A stretch of DNA of 64,000 nt from Eledone cirrhosa (taxonomy: Eukaryota), in contig OZ024749.1 in assembly GCA_964016885.1 (NCBI GenBank), forward strand, positions 7,006,001 through 7,070,000, in the 5' to 3' direction. The position numbers were made by a program, and so were the translations under genes. The notes under the pieces are model-generated. The model was not told the DNA's origin and made no database searches. It saw only the letters and a program-made list of their open reading frames with translations. This document shows positions 13,401 through 25,605 of this stretch, piece after piece (positions within the stretch are counted from its first letter, which is position 1; every line of letters starts with the position of its first letter).

Positions 13401-16400
13401 AAGGCTGTAGTGTGACAGAATGTAAAGGGGGAGAAAGGGAAGGGCTGTAGTTTGACAGAATATAAAGGGAGGGAAAGACAAGAGCTGTAGTGTGACAGAA
13501 TATAAAGGAAGGGAAAGGGAAGGGCTGTAGTGTGACAGAATATAAAGGGAGGGAAAGGGAAGGGCTGTAGTTTGACAGAATATAAAGGGAGGGAAAGGGA
13601 AGGCTGTAGTGTGACAGAATATAAAGGGAGGGAAAGGGAAGGGCTGTAGTTTGACAGAATATAAAGGGAGGGAAAGAGAAGGGCTGTAGTGTGACAGAAT
13701 ATAAAGGGAGGGAAAGAGAAGGGCTGTAGTGTGACAGAATATAAAGGGAGGGAAAGGGAAGGGCTGTAGTGTGACAGAATATAAAGGAAGGGAAAGGGAA
13801 GGGCTGTAGTGTGACAGAATATAAAGGGAGGGAAAGGGAAGGGCTGTAGTGTGACAGAATATAAAGGGAGGGAAAGGGAAGGCTGTAGTTTGACAGAATA
13901 TAAAGGGAGGGAAAGGGAAGGCTGTAGTTTGACAGAATATAAAGGGAGGGAAAGGGAAGGCTGTAGTGTGACAGAATATAAAGGGGGAGAAAGGGAAGGG
14001 CTGTAGTTTGACAGAATATAAAGGGAGGGAAAGACAAGAGCTGTAGTGTGACAGAATATAAAGGAAGGGAAAGGGAAGGGCTGTAGTGTGACAGAATATA
14101 AAGGGAGGGAAAGGGAAGGCTGTAGTTTGACAGAATATAAAGGGAGGGAAAGGGAAGGCTGTAGTGTGACAGAATATAAAGGGAGGGAAAGGGAGGGCTG
14201 TAGTTTGACAGAATATAAAGGGAGGGAAAGACAAGAGCTGTAGTGTGACAGAATATAAAGGAAGGGAAAGGGAAGGCTGTAGTTTGACAGAATATAAAGG
14301 GAGGGAAAGGGAAGGTTGTAGTGTGACAGAATATAAAGGGAGGGAAAGGGAAGGGCTGTAGTTTGACAGAATATAAAGGGAGGGAAAGACAAGAGCTGTA
14401 GTGTGACAGAATATAAAGGAAGGGAAAGGGAAGGCTGTAGTTTGACAGAATATAAAGGGAGGGAAAGGGAAGGTTGTAGTGTGACAGAATATAAAGGGAG
14501 GGAAAGGGAAGGGCTGTAGTGTGACAGAATATAAAGGAAGGGAAAGGGAAGGGCTGTAGTGTGACAGAATATAAAGGAAGGGAAAGGGAAGGGCTGTAGT
14601 GTGACAGAATATAAAGGAAGGGAAAGGGAAGGGCTGTAGTGTGACAGAATATAAAGGGAGGGAAAGGGAAGGCTGTAGTGTGACAGAATGTAAAGGGGGA
14701 GAAAGGGAAGGGCTGTAGTGTGACAGAATATAAAGGAAGGGAAAGGGAAGGGCTGTAGTGTGACAGAATATAAAGGAAGGGAAAGGGAAGGGCTGTAGTG
14801 TGACAGAATATAAAGGAAGGGAAAGGGAAGGGCTGTAGTGTGACAGAATATAAAGGGAGGGAAAGGGAAGGCTGTAGTGTGACAGAATGTAAAGGGGGAG
14901 AAAGGGAAGGGCTGTAGTTTGACAGAATATAAAGGGAGGGAAAGACAAGAGCTGTAGTGTGACAGAATATAAAGGAAGGGAAAGGGAAGGGCTGTAGTGT
15001 GACAGAATATAAAGGAAGGGAAAGGGAAGGGCTGTAGTGTGACAGAATATAAAGGAAGGGAAAGGGAAGGGCTGTAGTGTGACAGAATATAAAGGAAGGG
15101 AAAGGGAAGGGCTGTCGTGTGACAGAATATAAAGGGAGGGAAAGAGAAGGGCTGTAGTGTGACAGAATATAAAGGGAGGGAAAGAGAAGGGCTGTAGTGT
15201 GACAGAATATAAAGGAAGGGAAAGGGAAGGGCTGTAGTGTGACAGAATATAAAGGAAGGGAAAGGGAAGGGCTGTAGTGTGACAGAATATAAAGGGAGGG
15301 AAAGAGAAGGGCTGTAGTGTGACAGAATATAAAGGGAGGGAAAGAGAAGGGCTGTAGTGTGACAGAATATAAAGGAAGGGAAAGGGAAGGGCTGTAGTGT
15401 GACAGAATATAAAGGGAGGGAAAGAGAAGGGCTGTAGTGTGACAGAATATAAAGGGAGGGAAAGAGAAGGGCTGTAGTGTGACAGAATATAAAGGAAGGG
15501 AAAGGGAAGGGCTGTAGTGTGACAGAATATAAAGGAAGGGAAAGGGAAGGGCTGTAGTGTGACAGAATATAAAGGAAGGGAAAGGGAAGGGCTGTAGTGT
15601 GACAGAATATAAAGGGAGGGAAAGAGAAGGGCTGTAGTGTGACAGAATATAAAGGGAGGGAAAGAGAAGGGCTGTAGTGTGACAGAATATAAAGGAAGGG
15701 AAAGGGAAGGGCTGTAGTGTGACAGAATATAAAGGAAGGGAAAGGGAAGGGCTGTAGTGTGACAGAATATAAAGGAAGGGAAAGGGAAGGGCTGTAGTGT
15801 GACAGAATATAAAGGGAGGGAAAGAGAAGGGCTGTAGTGTGACAGAATATAAAGGAAGGGAAAGAGAAGGGCTGTAGTGTGACAGAATATAAAGGGAGGG
15901 AAAGAGAAGGGCTGTAGTGTGACAGAATATAAAGGAAGGGAAAGGGAAGGGCTGTAGTGTGACAGAATATAAAGGAAGGGAAAGGGAAGGGCTGTAGTGT
16001 GACAGAATATAAAGGAAGGGAAAGAGAAGGGCTGTAGTGTGACAGAATATAAAGGAAGGGAAAGAGAAGGGCTGTAGTGTGACAGAATATAAAGGGAGGG
16101 AAAGAGAAGGGCTGTAGTGTGACAGAATATAAAGGAAGGGAAAGAGAAGGGCTGTAGTGTGACAGAATATAAAGGGAGGGAAAGAGAACGGCTGTAGTGT
16201 GACAGAATATAAAGGAAGGGAAAGGGAAGTGCTGTAGTGTGACAGAATATAAAGGAAGGGAAAGGGAAGGGCTGTAGTGTGACAGAATATAAAGGAAGGG
16301 AAAGGGAAGGGCTGTAGTGTGACAGAATATTAAGGGAGGGAAAGGGAAGGCTGTAGTGTGACAGAATGTAAAGGGGGAGAAAGGGAAGGGCTGTAGTGTG

Positions 16401-19400
16401 ACAGAATATAAAGGAAGGGAAAGGGAAGGGCTGTAGTGTGACAGAATATAAAGGAAGGGAAAGGGAAGGGCTGTAGTGTGACAGAATATAAAGGAAGGGA
16501 AAGGGAAGGGCTGTAGTGTGACAGAATATAAAGGGAGGGAAAGAGAAGGGCTGTAGTGTGACAGAATATAAAGGGAGGGAAAGAGAAGGGCTGTAGTGTG
16601 ACAGAATATAAAGGAAGGGAAAGGGAAGGGCTGTAGTGTGACAGAATATAAAGGAAGGGAAAGGGAAGGGCTGTAGTGTGACAGAATATAAAGGGAGGGA
16701 AAGGGAAGGGCTGTAGTGTGACAGAATATAAAGGGAGGGAAAGGGAAGGCTGTAGTTTGACAGAATATAAAGGGAGGGAAAGGGAAGGCTGTAGTTTGAC
16801 AGAATATAAAGGGAGGGAAAGGGAAGGGCTGTAGTTTGACAGAATATAAAGGGAGGGAAAGGGAAGGGCTGTAGTTTGACAGAATATAAAGGGAGGGAAA
16901 GGGAAGGCTGTAGTTTGACAGAATATAAAGGGAGGGAAAGGGAAGGCTGTAGTTTGACAGAATATAAAGGGAGGGAAAGGGAAGGGCTGTAGTTTGACAG
17001 AATATAAAGGGAGGGAAAGGGAAGGCTGTAGTTTGACAGAATATAAAGGGAGGGAAAGGGAAGGCTGTAGTTTGACAGAATATAAAGGGAGGGAAAGGGA
17101 AGGCTGTAGTTTGACAGAATATAAAGGGAGGGAAAGGGAAGGGCTGTAGTTTGACAGAATATAAAGGGAGGGAAAGGGAAGGCTGTAGTTTGACAGAATA
17201 TAAAGGGAGGGAAAGGGAAGGGCTGTAGTTTGACAGAATATAAAGGGAGGGAAAGGGAAGGGCTGTGGTGTGACAGAATATAAAGGGAGGGAAAGGGAAG
17301 GGCTGTAGTTTGACAGAATATAAAGGGAGGGAAAGGGAAGGGCTGTAGTTTGACAGAATATAAAGGGAGGGAAAGGGAAGGGCTGTAGTTTGACAGAATA
17401 TAAAGGGAGGGAAAGGGAAGGCTGTAGTTTGACAGAATATAAAGGGAGGGAAAGGGAAGGCTGTAGTGTGACAGAATGTAAAGGGGGAGAAAGGGAAGGG
17501 CTGTAGTTTGACAGAATATAAAGGGAGGGAAAGACAAGAGCTGTAGTGTGACAGAATATAAAGGAAGGGAAAGGGAAGGGCTGTAGTGTGACAGAATATA
17601 AAGGGAGGGAAAGGGAAGGCTGTAGTTTGACAGAATATAAAGGGAGGGAAAGGGAAGGCTGTAGTTTGACAGAATATAAAGGGAGGGAAAGGGAAGGCTG
17701 TAGTTTGACAGAATATAAAGGGAGGGAAAGGGAAGGCTGTAGTGTGACAGAATATAAAGGGAGGGAAAGGGAAGGCTGTAGTTTGACAGAATATAAAGGG
17801 AGGGAAAGGGAAGGGCTGTAGTTTGACAGAATATAAAGGGAGGGAAAGGGAAGGCTGTAGTTTGACAGAATATAAAGGGAGGGAAAGGGAAGGGCTGTAG
17901 TTTGACAGAATATAAAGGGAGGGAAAGACAAGAGCTGTAGTGTGACAGAATATAAAGGGAGGGAAAGGGAAGGGCTGTAGTGTGACAGAATATAAAGGAA
18001 GGGAAAGGGAAGGCTGTAGTTTGACAGAATATAAAGGGAGGGAAAGGGAAGGGCTGTAGTGTGACAGAATATAAAGGGAGGGAAAGGGAAGGCTGTAGTT
18101 TGACAGAATATAAAGGGAGCGAAAGGGAAGGGCTGTAGTGTGACAGAATATAAAGGAAGGGAAAGACAAGAGCTGTAGTGTGACAGAATATAAAGGAAGG
18201 GAAAGGGAAGGGCTGTAGTGTGACAGAATATAAAGGAGGGAAAGGGAAGGCTGTAGTTTGACAGAATATAAAGGGAGGGAAAGGGAAGGGCTGTAGTGTG
18301 ACAGAATATAAAGGAAGGGAAAGGGAAGGCTGTAGTTTGACAGAATATAAAGGGAGGGAAAGGGAAGGGCTGTATTGTGACAGAATATAAAGGAAGGGAA
18401 AGGGAAGGGCTGTATTGTGACAGAATATAAAGGGAGGGAAAGGGAAGGGCTGTAGTTTGACAGAATGTAAAGGGGGAGAAAGGGAAGGGCTGTAGTGTGA
18501 CATAATATAAAGGAAGGNNNNNNNNNNNNNNNNNNNNNNNNNNNNNNNNNNNNNNNNNNNNNNNNNNNNNNNNNNNNNNNNNNNNNNNNNNNNNNNNNNN
18601 NNNNNNNNNNNNNNNNNNNNNNNNNNNNNNNNNNNNNNNNNNNNNNNNNNNNNNNNNNNNNNNNNNNNNNNNNNNNNNNNNNNNNNNNNNNNNNNNNNNN
18701 NNNNNNNNNNNNNNNNNAGGGAAAGGGAAGGGCTGTAGTGTGACAGAATATAAAGGGAGGGAAAGGGAAGGGCTGTAGTGTGACAGAATATAAAGGGAGG
18801 GAAAGGGAAGGGCTGTAGTGTGACAGAATATAAAGGGAGGGAAAGGGAAGGGCTGTAGTGTGACAGAATATAAAGGGAGGGAAAGGGAAGGGCTGTAGTG
18901 TGACAGAATATAAAGGGAGGGAAAGGGAAGGGCTGTAGTGTGACAGAATATAAAGGGAGGGAAAGGGAAGGGCTGTAGTGTGACAGAATATAAAGGGAGG
19001 GAAAGGGAAGGGCTGTAGTGTGACAGAATATAAAGGGAGGGAAAGGGAAGGGCTGTAGTGTGACAGAATATAAAGGGAGGGAAAGGGAAGGGCTGTAGTG
19101 TGACAGAATATAAAGGGAGGGAAAGGGAAGGGCTGTAGTGTGACAGAATATAAAGGGAGGGAAAGGGAAGGGCTGTAGTGTGACAGAATATAAAGGGAGG
19201 GAAAGGGAAGGGCTGTAGTGTGACAGAATATAAAGGGAGGGAAAGGGAAGGGCTGTAGTGTGACAGAATATAAAGGGAGGGAAAGGGAAGGGCTGTAGTT
19301 TGACAGAATATAAAGGGAGGAAAGGGAAGGGCTGTAGTGTGACAGAATATAAAGGGAGGGAAAGGGAAGGGCTGTAGTGTGACAGAATATAAAGGGAGGG

Positions 19401-22400
19401 AAAGGGAAGGCTGTAGTGTGACAGAATATAAAGGGAGGGAAAGGGAAGGGCTGTAGTGTGACAGAATATAAAGGGAGGGAAAGGGAAGGGCTGTAGTGTG
19501 ACAGAATATAAAGGGAGGGAAAGGGAAGGGCTGCAGTGTGACAGAATATAAAGGAAGGGAAAGGGAAGGGCTGTAGTTTGACAGAATATAAAGGGAGGGA
19601 AAGGGAAGGGCTGTGGTGTGACAGAATATAAAGGGAGGGAAAGGGAAGGTTGTAGTGTGACAGAATATAAAGGGAGGGAAAGGGAAGGGCTGTAGTGTGA
19701 CAGAATATAAAGGGAGGGAAAGTGAAGGGCTGTAGTGTGACAGAATATAAAGGGAGGGAAAGGGAAGGGCTGTAGTGTGACAGAATATAAAGGGAGGGAA
19801 AGGGAAGGGCTGTAGTTTGACAGAATATAAAGGGAGGGAAAGGGAAGGGCTCTGGTTTGACAGAATATAAAGGGAGGAAAGGGAAGGGCTGTAGTTTGAC
19901 AGAATATAAAGGGAGGGAAAGGGAAGGGCTGTAGTTTGACAGAATATAAAGGGAGGGAAAGGGAAGGGCTGTAGTTTGACAGAATATAAAGGGAGGGAAA
20001 GGGAAGGGCTGTAGTTTGACAGAATATAAAGGAGGGAAAGGGAAGGGCTCTGGTTTGACAGAATATAAAGGGAGGGAAAGGGAAGGGCTGTAGTTTGACA
20101 GAATATAAAGGGAGGGAAAGGGAAGGGCTGTAGTTTGACAGAATATAAAGGGAGGGAAAGGGAAGGGCTGTAGTTTGACAGAATATAAAGGGAGGGAAAG
20201 GGAAGGGCTCTGGTTTGACAGAATATAAAGGGAGGGAAAGGAAGGCTGTAGTTTGACAGAATATAAAGGGAGGGAAAGGGAAGGGCTCTGGTTTGACAGA
20301 ATATAAAGGGAGGGAAAGGGAAGGGCTCTGGTTTGACAGAATATAAAGGGAGGGAAAGGGAAGGGCTGTAGTTTGACAGAATATAAAGGGGGGGAAAGGG
20401 AAGGGCTGTAGTTTGACAGAATATAAAGGGAGGGAAAGGGAAGGGCTGTAGTTTGACAGAATATAAAGGGAGGGAAAGGGAAGGGCTGTAGTTTGACAGA
20501 ATATAAAGGGAGGGAAAGGGAAGGGCTGTAGTTTGACAGAATATAAAGGGGGGAAAGGGAAGGCTGTAGTTTGACAGAATATAAAGGGAGGGAAAGGGAA
20601 GGGCTGTAGTTTGACAGAATATAAAGGGAGGGAAAGGGAAGGGCTGTAGTTTGACAGAATATAAAGGGAGGGAAAGGGAAGGGCTGTAGTTTGACAGAAT
20701 ATAAAGGGAGGGAAAGGGAAGGGCTGTAGTTTGACAGAATATAAAGGGGGGGAAAGGGAAGGCTGTAGTTTGACAGAATATAAAGGGAGGGAAAGGGAAG
20801 GGCTGTAGTTTGACAGAATATAAAGGGAGGGAAAGGGAAGGGCTCTGGTTTGACAGAATATAAAGGGAGGGAAAGGGAAGGCTGTAGTTTGACAGAATAT
20901 AAAGGGAGGGAAAGGGAAGGGCTCTGGTTTGACAGAATATAAAGGGAGGGAAAGGGAAGGCTGTAGTTTGACAGAATATAAAGGGAGGGAAAGGGAAGGC
21001 TGTAGTTTGACAGAATATAAAGGGAGGGAAAGGGAAGGGCTGTAGTTTGACAGAATATAAAGGGAGGGAAAGGGAAGGGCTCTGGTTTGACAGAATATAA
21101 AGGGAGGGAAAGGGAAGGCTGTAGTTTGACAGAATATAAAGGGAGGGAAAGGGAAGGGCTCTGGTTTGACAGAATATAAAGGGAGGGAAAGGGAAGGCTG
21201 TAGTTTGACAGAATATAAAGGGAGGGAAAGGGAAGGGCTGTAGTTTGACAGAATATAAAGGGAGGGAAAGGGAAGGGCTGTAGTGTGACAGAATATAAAG
21301 GGGGGGAAAGGGAAGGCTGTAGTTTGACAGAATATAAAGGGAGGGAAAGGGAAGGGCTGTATTGTGACAGAATATAAAGGAAGGGAAAGTGAAGGGCTGT
21401 ATTGTGACAGAATATAAAGGAAGGGAAAGGGAAGGGCTGTAGTGTGACAGAATATAAAGGAAGGGAAAGGGAAGGGCTGTAGTGTGACAGAATATAAAGG
21501 GAGGGAAAGGGAAGGGCTGTAGTGTGACAGAATATAAAGGAAGGGAAAGGGAAGGGCTGTAGTGTGACAGAATATAAAGGGGGGGAAAGGGAAGGCTGTA
21601 GTTTGACAGAATATAAAGGGAGGGAAAGGGAAGGGCTGTATTGTGACAGAATATAAAGGAAGGGAAAGGGAAGGGCTGTAGTGTGACAGAATATAAAGGA
21701 AGGGAAAGGGAAGGGCTGTAGTGTGACAGAATATAAAGGGAGGGAAAGGGAAGGGCTGTAGTGTGACAGAATATAAAGGGAGGGAAAGGGAAGGGCTGTA
21801 GTGTGACAGAATATAAAGGGAGGGAAAGGGAAGGGCTGTAGTGTGACAGAATATAAAGGGAGGGAAAGGGAAGGGCTGTAGTGTGACAGAATATAAAGGG
21901 AGGGAAAGGGAAGGCTGTAGTGTGACAGAATATAAAGGGAGGGAAAGGGAAGGGCTGTAGTGTGACAGAATATAAAGGGAGGGAAAGGGAAGGGCTGTAG
22001 TGTGACAGAATATAAAGGGAGGGAAAGGGAAGGGCTGTAGTGTGACAGAATATAAAGGGAGGGAAAGGGAAGGGCTGTAGTGTGACAGAATATAAAGGGA
22101 GGGAAAGGGAAGGGCTGTAGTTTGACAGAATATAAAGGGAGGGAAAGGGAAGGGCTGTGGTGTGACAGAATATAAAGGGAGGGAAAGGGAAGGGCTGTAG
22201 TGTGACAGAATATAAAGGGAGGGAAAGGGAAGGGCTGTAGTGTGACAGAATATAAAGGAAGGGAAAGGGAAGGGCTGTAGTGTGACAGAATATAAAGGGA
22301 GGGAAAGGGAAGGGCTGTAGTGTGACAGAATATAAAGGGAGGGAAAGGGAAGGGCTGTAGTGTGACAGAATATAAAGGGAGGGAAAGGGAAGGGCTGTAG

Positions 22401-23408
22401 TGTGACAGAATATAAAGGGAGGGAAAGGGAAGGGCTGTAGTGTGACAGAATATAAAGGAAGGGAAAGGGAAGGGCTGTGGTGTGACAGAATATAAAGGGA
22501 GGGAAAGGGAAGGGCTGTAGTGTGACAGAATATAAAGGAAGGGAAAGGGAAGGGCTGTGGTGTGACAGAATATAAAGGGAGGGAAAGGGAAGGGCTGTAG
22601 TGTGACAGAATATAAAGGGAGGGAAAGGGAAGGGCTGTAGTGTGACAGAATATAAAGGGAGGGAAAGGGAAGGGCTGTGGTGTGACAGAATATAAAGGGA
22701 GGGAAAGGGAAGGGCTGTAGTGTGACAGAATATAAAGGGAGGGAAAGGGAAGGGCTGTAGTGTGACAGAATATAAAGGGAGGGAAAGGGAAGGGCTGTAG
22801 TTTGACAGAATATAAAGGGAGGGAAAGGGAAGGGCTGTAGTTTGACAGAATATAAAGGGAGGGAAAGGGAAGGGCTGTAGTGTGACAGAATATAAAGGGA
22901 GGGAAAGGGAAGGCTGTAGTTTGACAGAATATAAAGGGAGGGAAAGGGAAGGGCTGTAGTGTGACAGAATATAAAGGGAGGGAAAGGGAAGGGCTGTAGT
23001 GTGACAGAATATAAAGGGCGGGAAAGGGAAGGGCTGTAGTTTGACAGAATATAAAGGGAGGGAAAGGGAAGGGCTGTAGTTTGACAGAATATAAAGGGAG
23101 GGAAAGGGAAGGGCTGTAGTGTGACAGAATATAAAGGGAGGGAAAGGGAAGGCTGTAGTTTGACAGAATATAAAGGGAGGGAAAGGGAAGGGCTGTAGTG
23201 TGACAGAATATAAAGGGAGGGAAAGGGAAGGCTGTAGTTTGACAGAATATAAAGGGAGGGAAAGGGAAGGGCTGTAGTGTGACAGAATATAAAGGGAGGG
23301 AAGAGATGTAGCGTGACAAAATATAAAGGGAGGGAAAGGGAAGGGGTGTAGTGTGACAGAATATAAAGGGAGGGAAAGGCGTTAGTGTGACAGAATATAA
23401 GAGAGAAA
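4455..23408. repeat. 40-bp tandem satellite (consensus gggctgtagtgtgacagaatataaagggagggaaagggaa), roughly 470 unit-lengths as assembled
   Basis: Directly visible, with 39-bp variants and regional subtypes. True length is unknown because of the internal gap. Confidence 0.99.
18518..18717. other. assembly gap (200 N) inside the satellite
   Basis: Run of N. Confidence 0.99.
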
Positions 23409-23422
23409 GTAGAGTTACTTAC

Positions 23423-23581
23423 AGTGACTTTACCTTCATCAATACGTTTATATTTTTGAAATGTCATAAAGTCCTCGTCTTTGTCAGCTGTCTTTTCAAG
23501 CCATTCCTCAAGTTTATTTTTATTCATGCGTAGTTCTTTACTTATTTTCTCAATTTCTTCACTAAGTTTGAATCGCGCATT
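23423..23581 (-). CDS. CCDC39: internal coding exon of coiled-coil domain-containing protein 39 (axonemal 96-nm ruler)
   Basis: Acceptor tttacag| and donor |gtaagt, 159 nt, phase 0/0. Encodes NARFKLSEEIEKISKELRMNKNKLEEWLEKTADKDEDFMTFQKYKRIDEGKVT. This aligns with the CCDC39 segment recalled as [53 protein letters not shown] (LE.WLE, KD.D..T.QKY...D..K conserved). Confidence 0.85.
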
Positions 23582-23714
23582 CTGTAAAATATATCAGTAT
23601 TTACATACAGGATTAGTGTATCAGTTAAATAACAGTAAATGGTAAATTTTAAAGACCTACCCCCTTCAGTCAGGAGTGATGAAAATCAACATGTAATTTG
23701 CACCAAGAATGTTT

Positions 23715-23996
23715 CCCTTCTGATGGGCAAAAGTCTGGGGAAGGTGTATAGTTGCCCATGCACACCAGTCTCCCATTTCCATGCCATGCCACAGATGTTT
23801 TCCAAAGGAAAGTCAAAGACTGATACAGCTTGGCAATCTGTGAAGTCACAACTCAATTTTACAGCTGAGTGAACTTGAACAACATGAAATGAAGTGTCTT
23901 GCTCAAGAACAAAACGCATTTCCAGGTCCGGGAATTGAATTCACAACCTCACGATTGTGTATCCAATGCTCTAACCACTAATCTATACACCTTCAC
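23715..23996 (-). mobile_element. tRNA-derived CORE-type SINE
   Basis: 'acagctgagtgaac...aagtgtcttgctcaagaac...ggaattgaattcacaacctcacgattg...tgctctaaccactaa' is the reverse of A/B boxes plus the CORE-like motif seen at 26727. Confidence 0.75.
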
Positions 23997-24270
23997 ATAA
24001 AATAACAGTATATACAGATATAATGGGAAAAAGGGAGTTAATTGTTAGGTGTCAACATTGATTAAAGTGTAACTTTATACTTAATATTTAACATCCTGTA
24101 CCACAAAACACCGCATTAGCAAGACCTTTTTCGATATTACGTACATCGCTATGATTGCAGCACATTAAAAATTAAAATCTCTATCCTAATAATGCAAATT
24201 TTCACAATGATCTAGTAATAAATATACTATAAACAATTGAATTAACAAACCTGTTTTTAGATATTGTTTG

Positions 24271-24485
24271 TTAACCCTTTATCATTTATATTACTCTATA
24301 TACAGTATTATATTTTCACAGTAAAGGTTTTATCTCACGTAAAATCAAATCTACAAGATTTTGATGTCATTTATTTTGAGAACAATACCTTAAAATTGGT
24401 ATGAGCAGCCAATTACAGCTGGTTTAAACAGAAAGCAGTGAGAGAATTGTGGCCAGATATGACTAGTTAAATGCTAAAGGGTTAA
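24271..24485. mobile_element. MITE with CCC..GGG termini and TTAA target site (piggyBac-like)
   Basis: ttaa|ccctttatcattta ... taaatgctaaaggg|ttaa terminal inverted repeats. Homologous copy at about 54232-54663. Confidence 0.75.
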
Positions 24486-24744
24486 ATTATTACAAGATAT
24501 TAAACCTGAGTAAAGCCATCTCCTAATGCAGAGAAGAGAGAGGTCCCTGGAAACACAAGGTCCTGACTGACTACTTCCTTGTTCCGTCTGTTGCTGACAA
24601 GACCTCCAGTGTCCACAAACTGCTGTTTTCTGCCACAAAATTGAGAGGGTTGCACGTTGCCAGAGGAAGGAACCCCATGAGGTAAAATGGCTGATGCAGT
24701 GGTTGTCACTGACTATTAGCTGCAGCAATATCTCAAACACACAA

Positions 24745-24892
24745 ACAATTGGCTTCTGCACAGACTCCATCTACCAATTTACCTTACAGGGGAGTGGTCA
24801 GCTAAAGACTATTGTAGAAGACACTTGTCCAAGAAGGTAAACAGTTAAAACCACATAATTATGAAGCAAACATCTTCAACACACAAGCCATG
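24745..24892 (-). mobile_element. degenerate SINE (second CORE-type family)
   Basis: 'ggcttctgcacagactccatctaccaa...gtagaagacacttgtccaag...aaccaca...aagcaaacatcttcaacacacaagcca' resembles a common cephalopod SINE recalled from memory. Confidence 0.5.
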
Positions 24893-24944
24893 TCAGAATG
24901 AAGTGTATGATGGAGGTTTAGTTAAAGAGATACTGAAGATGTTG

Positions 24945-25605
24945 TATTTGGTGTTGGTGGTGTTGGTGATAGTGTTGGTGCTGGTGTTGATGGTGTTGGT
25001 GGTGTTGGTGATAGTGTTGGTGCTGGTGCTGGTGTTGGTGTTGTTGTTGGTGCTGGTGTTGGTGATAGTGTTGGTGCTGGTGCTGGTGTTGGTGCTGGTG
25101 TTGGTGCTGGTGCTGGTGGTGTTGTTGGTGGTGTTGTTGGTGATAGTGTTGGTGTTGGTGATAGTGTTGGTGTTGGTGATAGTGTTGGTGTTGGTGTTGA
25201 TGCTGGTGCTGGTGTTGATGCTGGTGTTGGTGTTGATGCTGGTGTTGGTGTTGGTGGTGTTGTTGGTGTTGATGTTGGTGGTGTTGGTGTTGGTGCTGGT
25301 GTTGGTGTTGATGCTGGTGTTGGTGTTGATGCTGGTGTTGATGCTGGTGTTGGTGCTGGTGTTGGTGCTGGTGTTGGTGCTGGTGTTGGTGGTGTTGTTG
25401 GTGTTGATGCTGGTGTTGGTGCTGGTGGTGTTGTTGGTGTTGGTGTTGATGCTGGTGTTGGTGCTGGTGTTGATGCTGGTGTTGTTGTTGGTGGTGTTGA
25501 TGCTGGTGTTGATGTTGATGTTGGTGATGTTGATGTTGGTGCTGGTGTTGATGTTGATGTTGGTGATGTTGATGTAGGTGCTGGTGTTGATGCTGGTGTT
25601 GTTGG
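24945..25605. repeat. (GGTGTT/GGTGCT/GATGCT)n hexamer-trinucleotide repeat
   Basis: Directly visible. Confidence 0.95.

Noticed and set aside
4374-23319. Giant ORFs (2791, 4093, 2329 aa etc.) as real proteins
   Set aside because: All three minus frames are open simply because the 40-bp unit lacks stop codons. Units of 39 and 40 bp shift frame freely, showing no coding constraint.
4480-23400. TATAAAG and TGACAG in every unit as promoter or TALE-homeodomain site arrays
   Set aside because: Short motifs are expected by chance in a single 40-mer. There is no independent support from sequence alone.
4455-23408. CRISPR array
   Set aside because: Head-to-tail units with no unique spacers, no cas genes, and a eukaryotic context.
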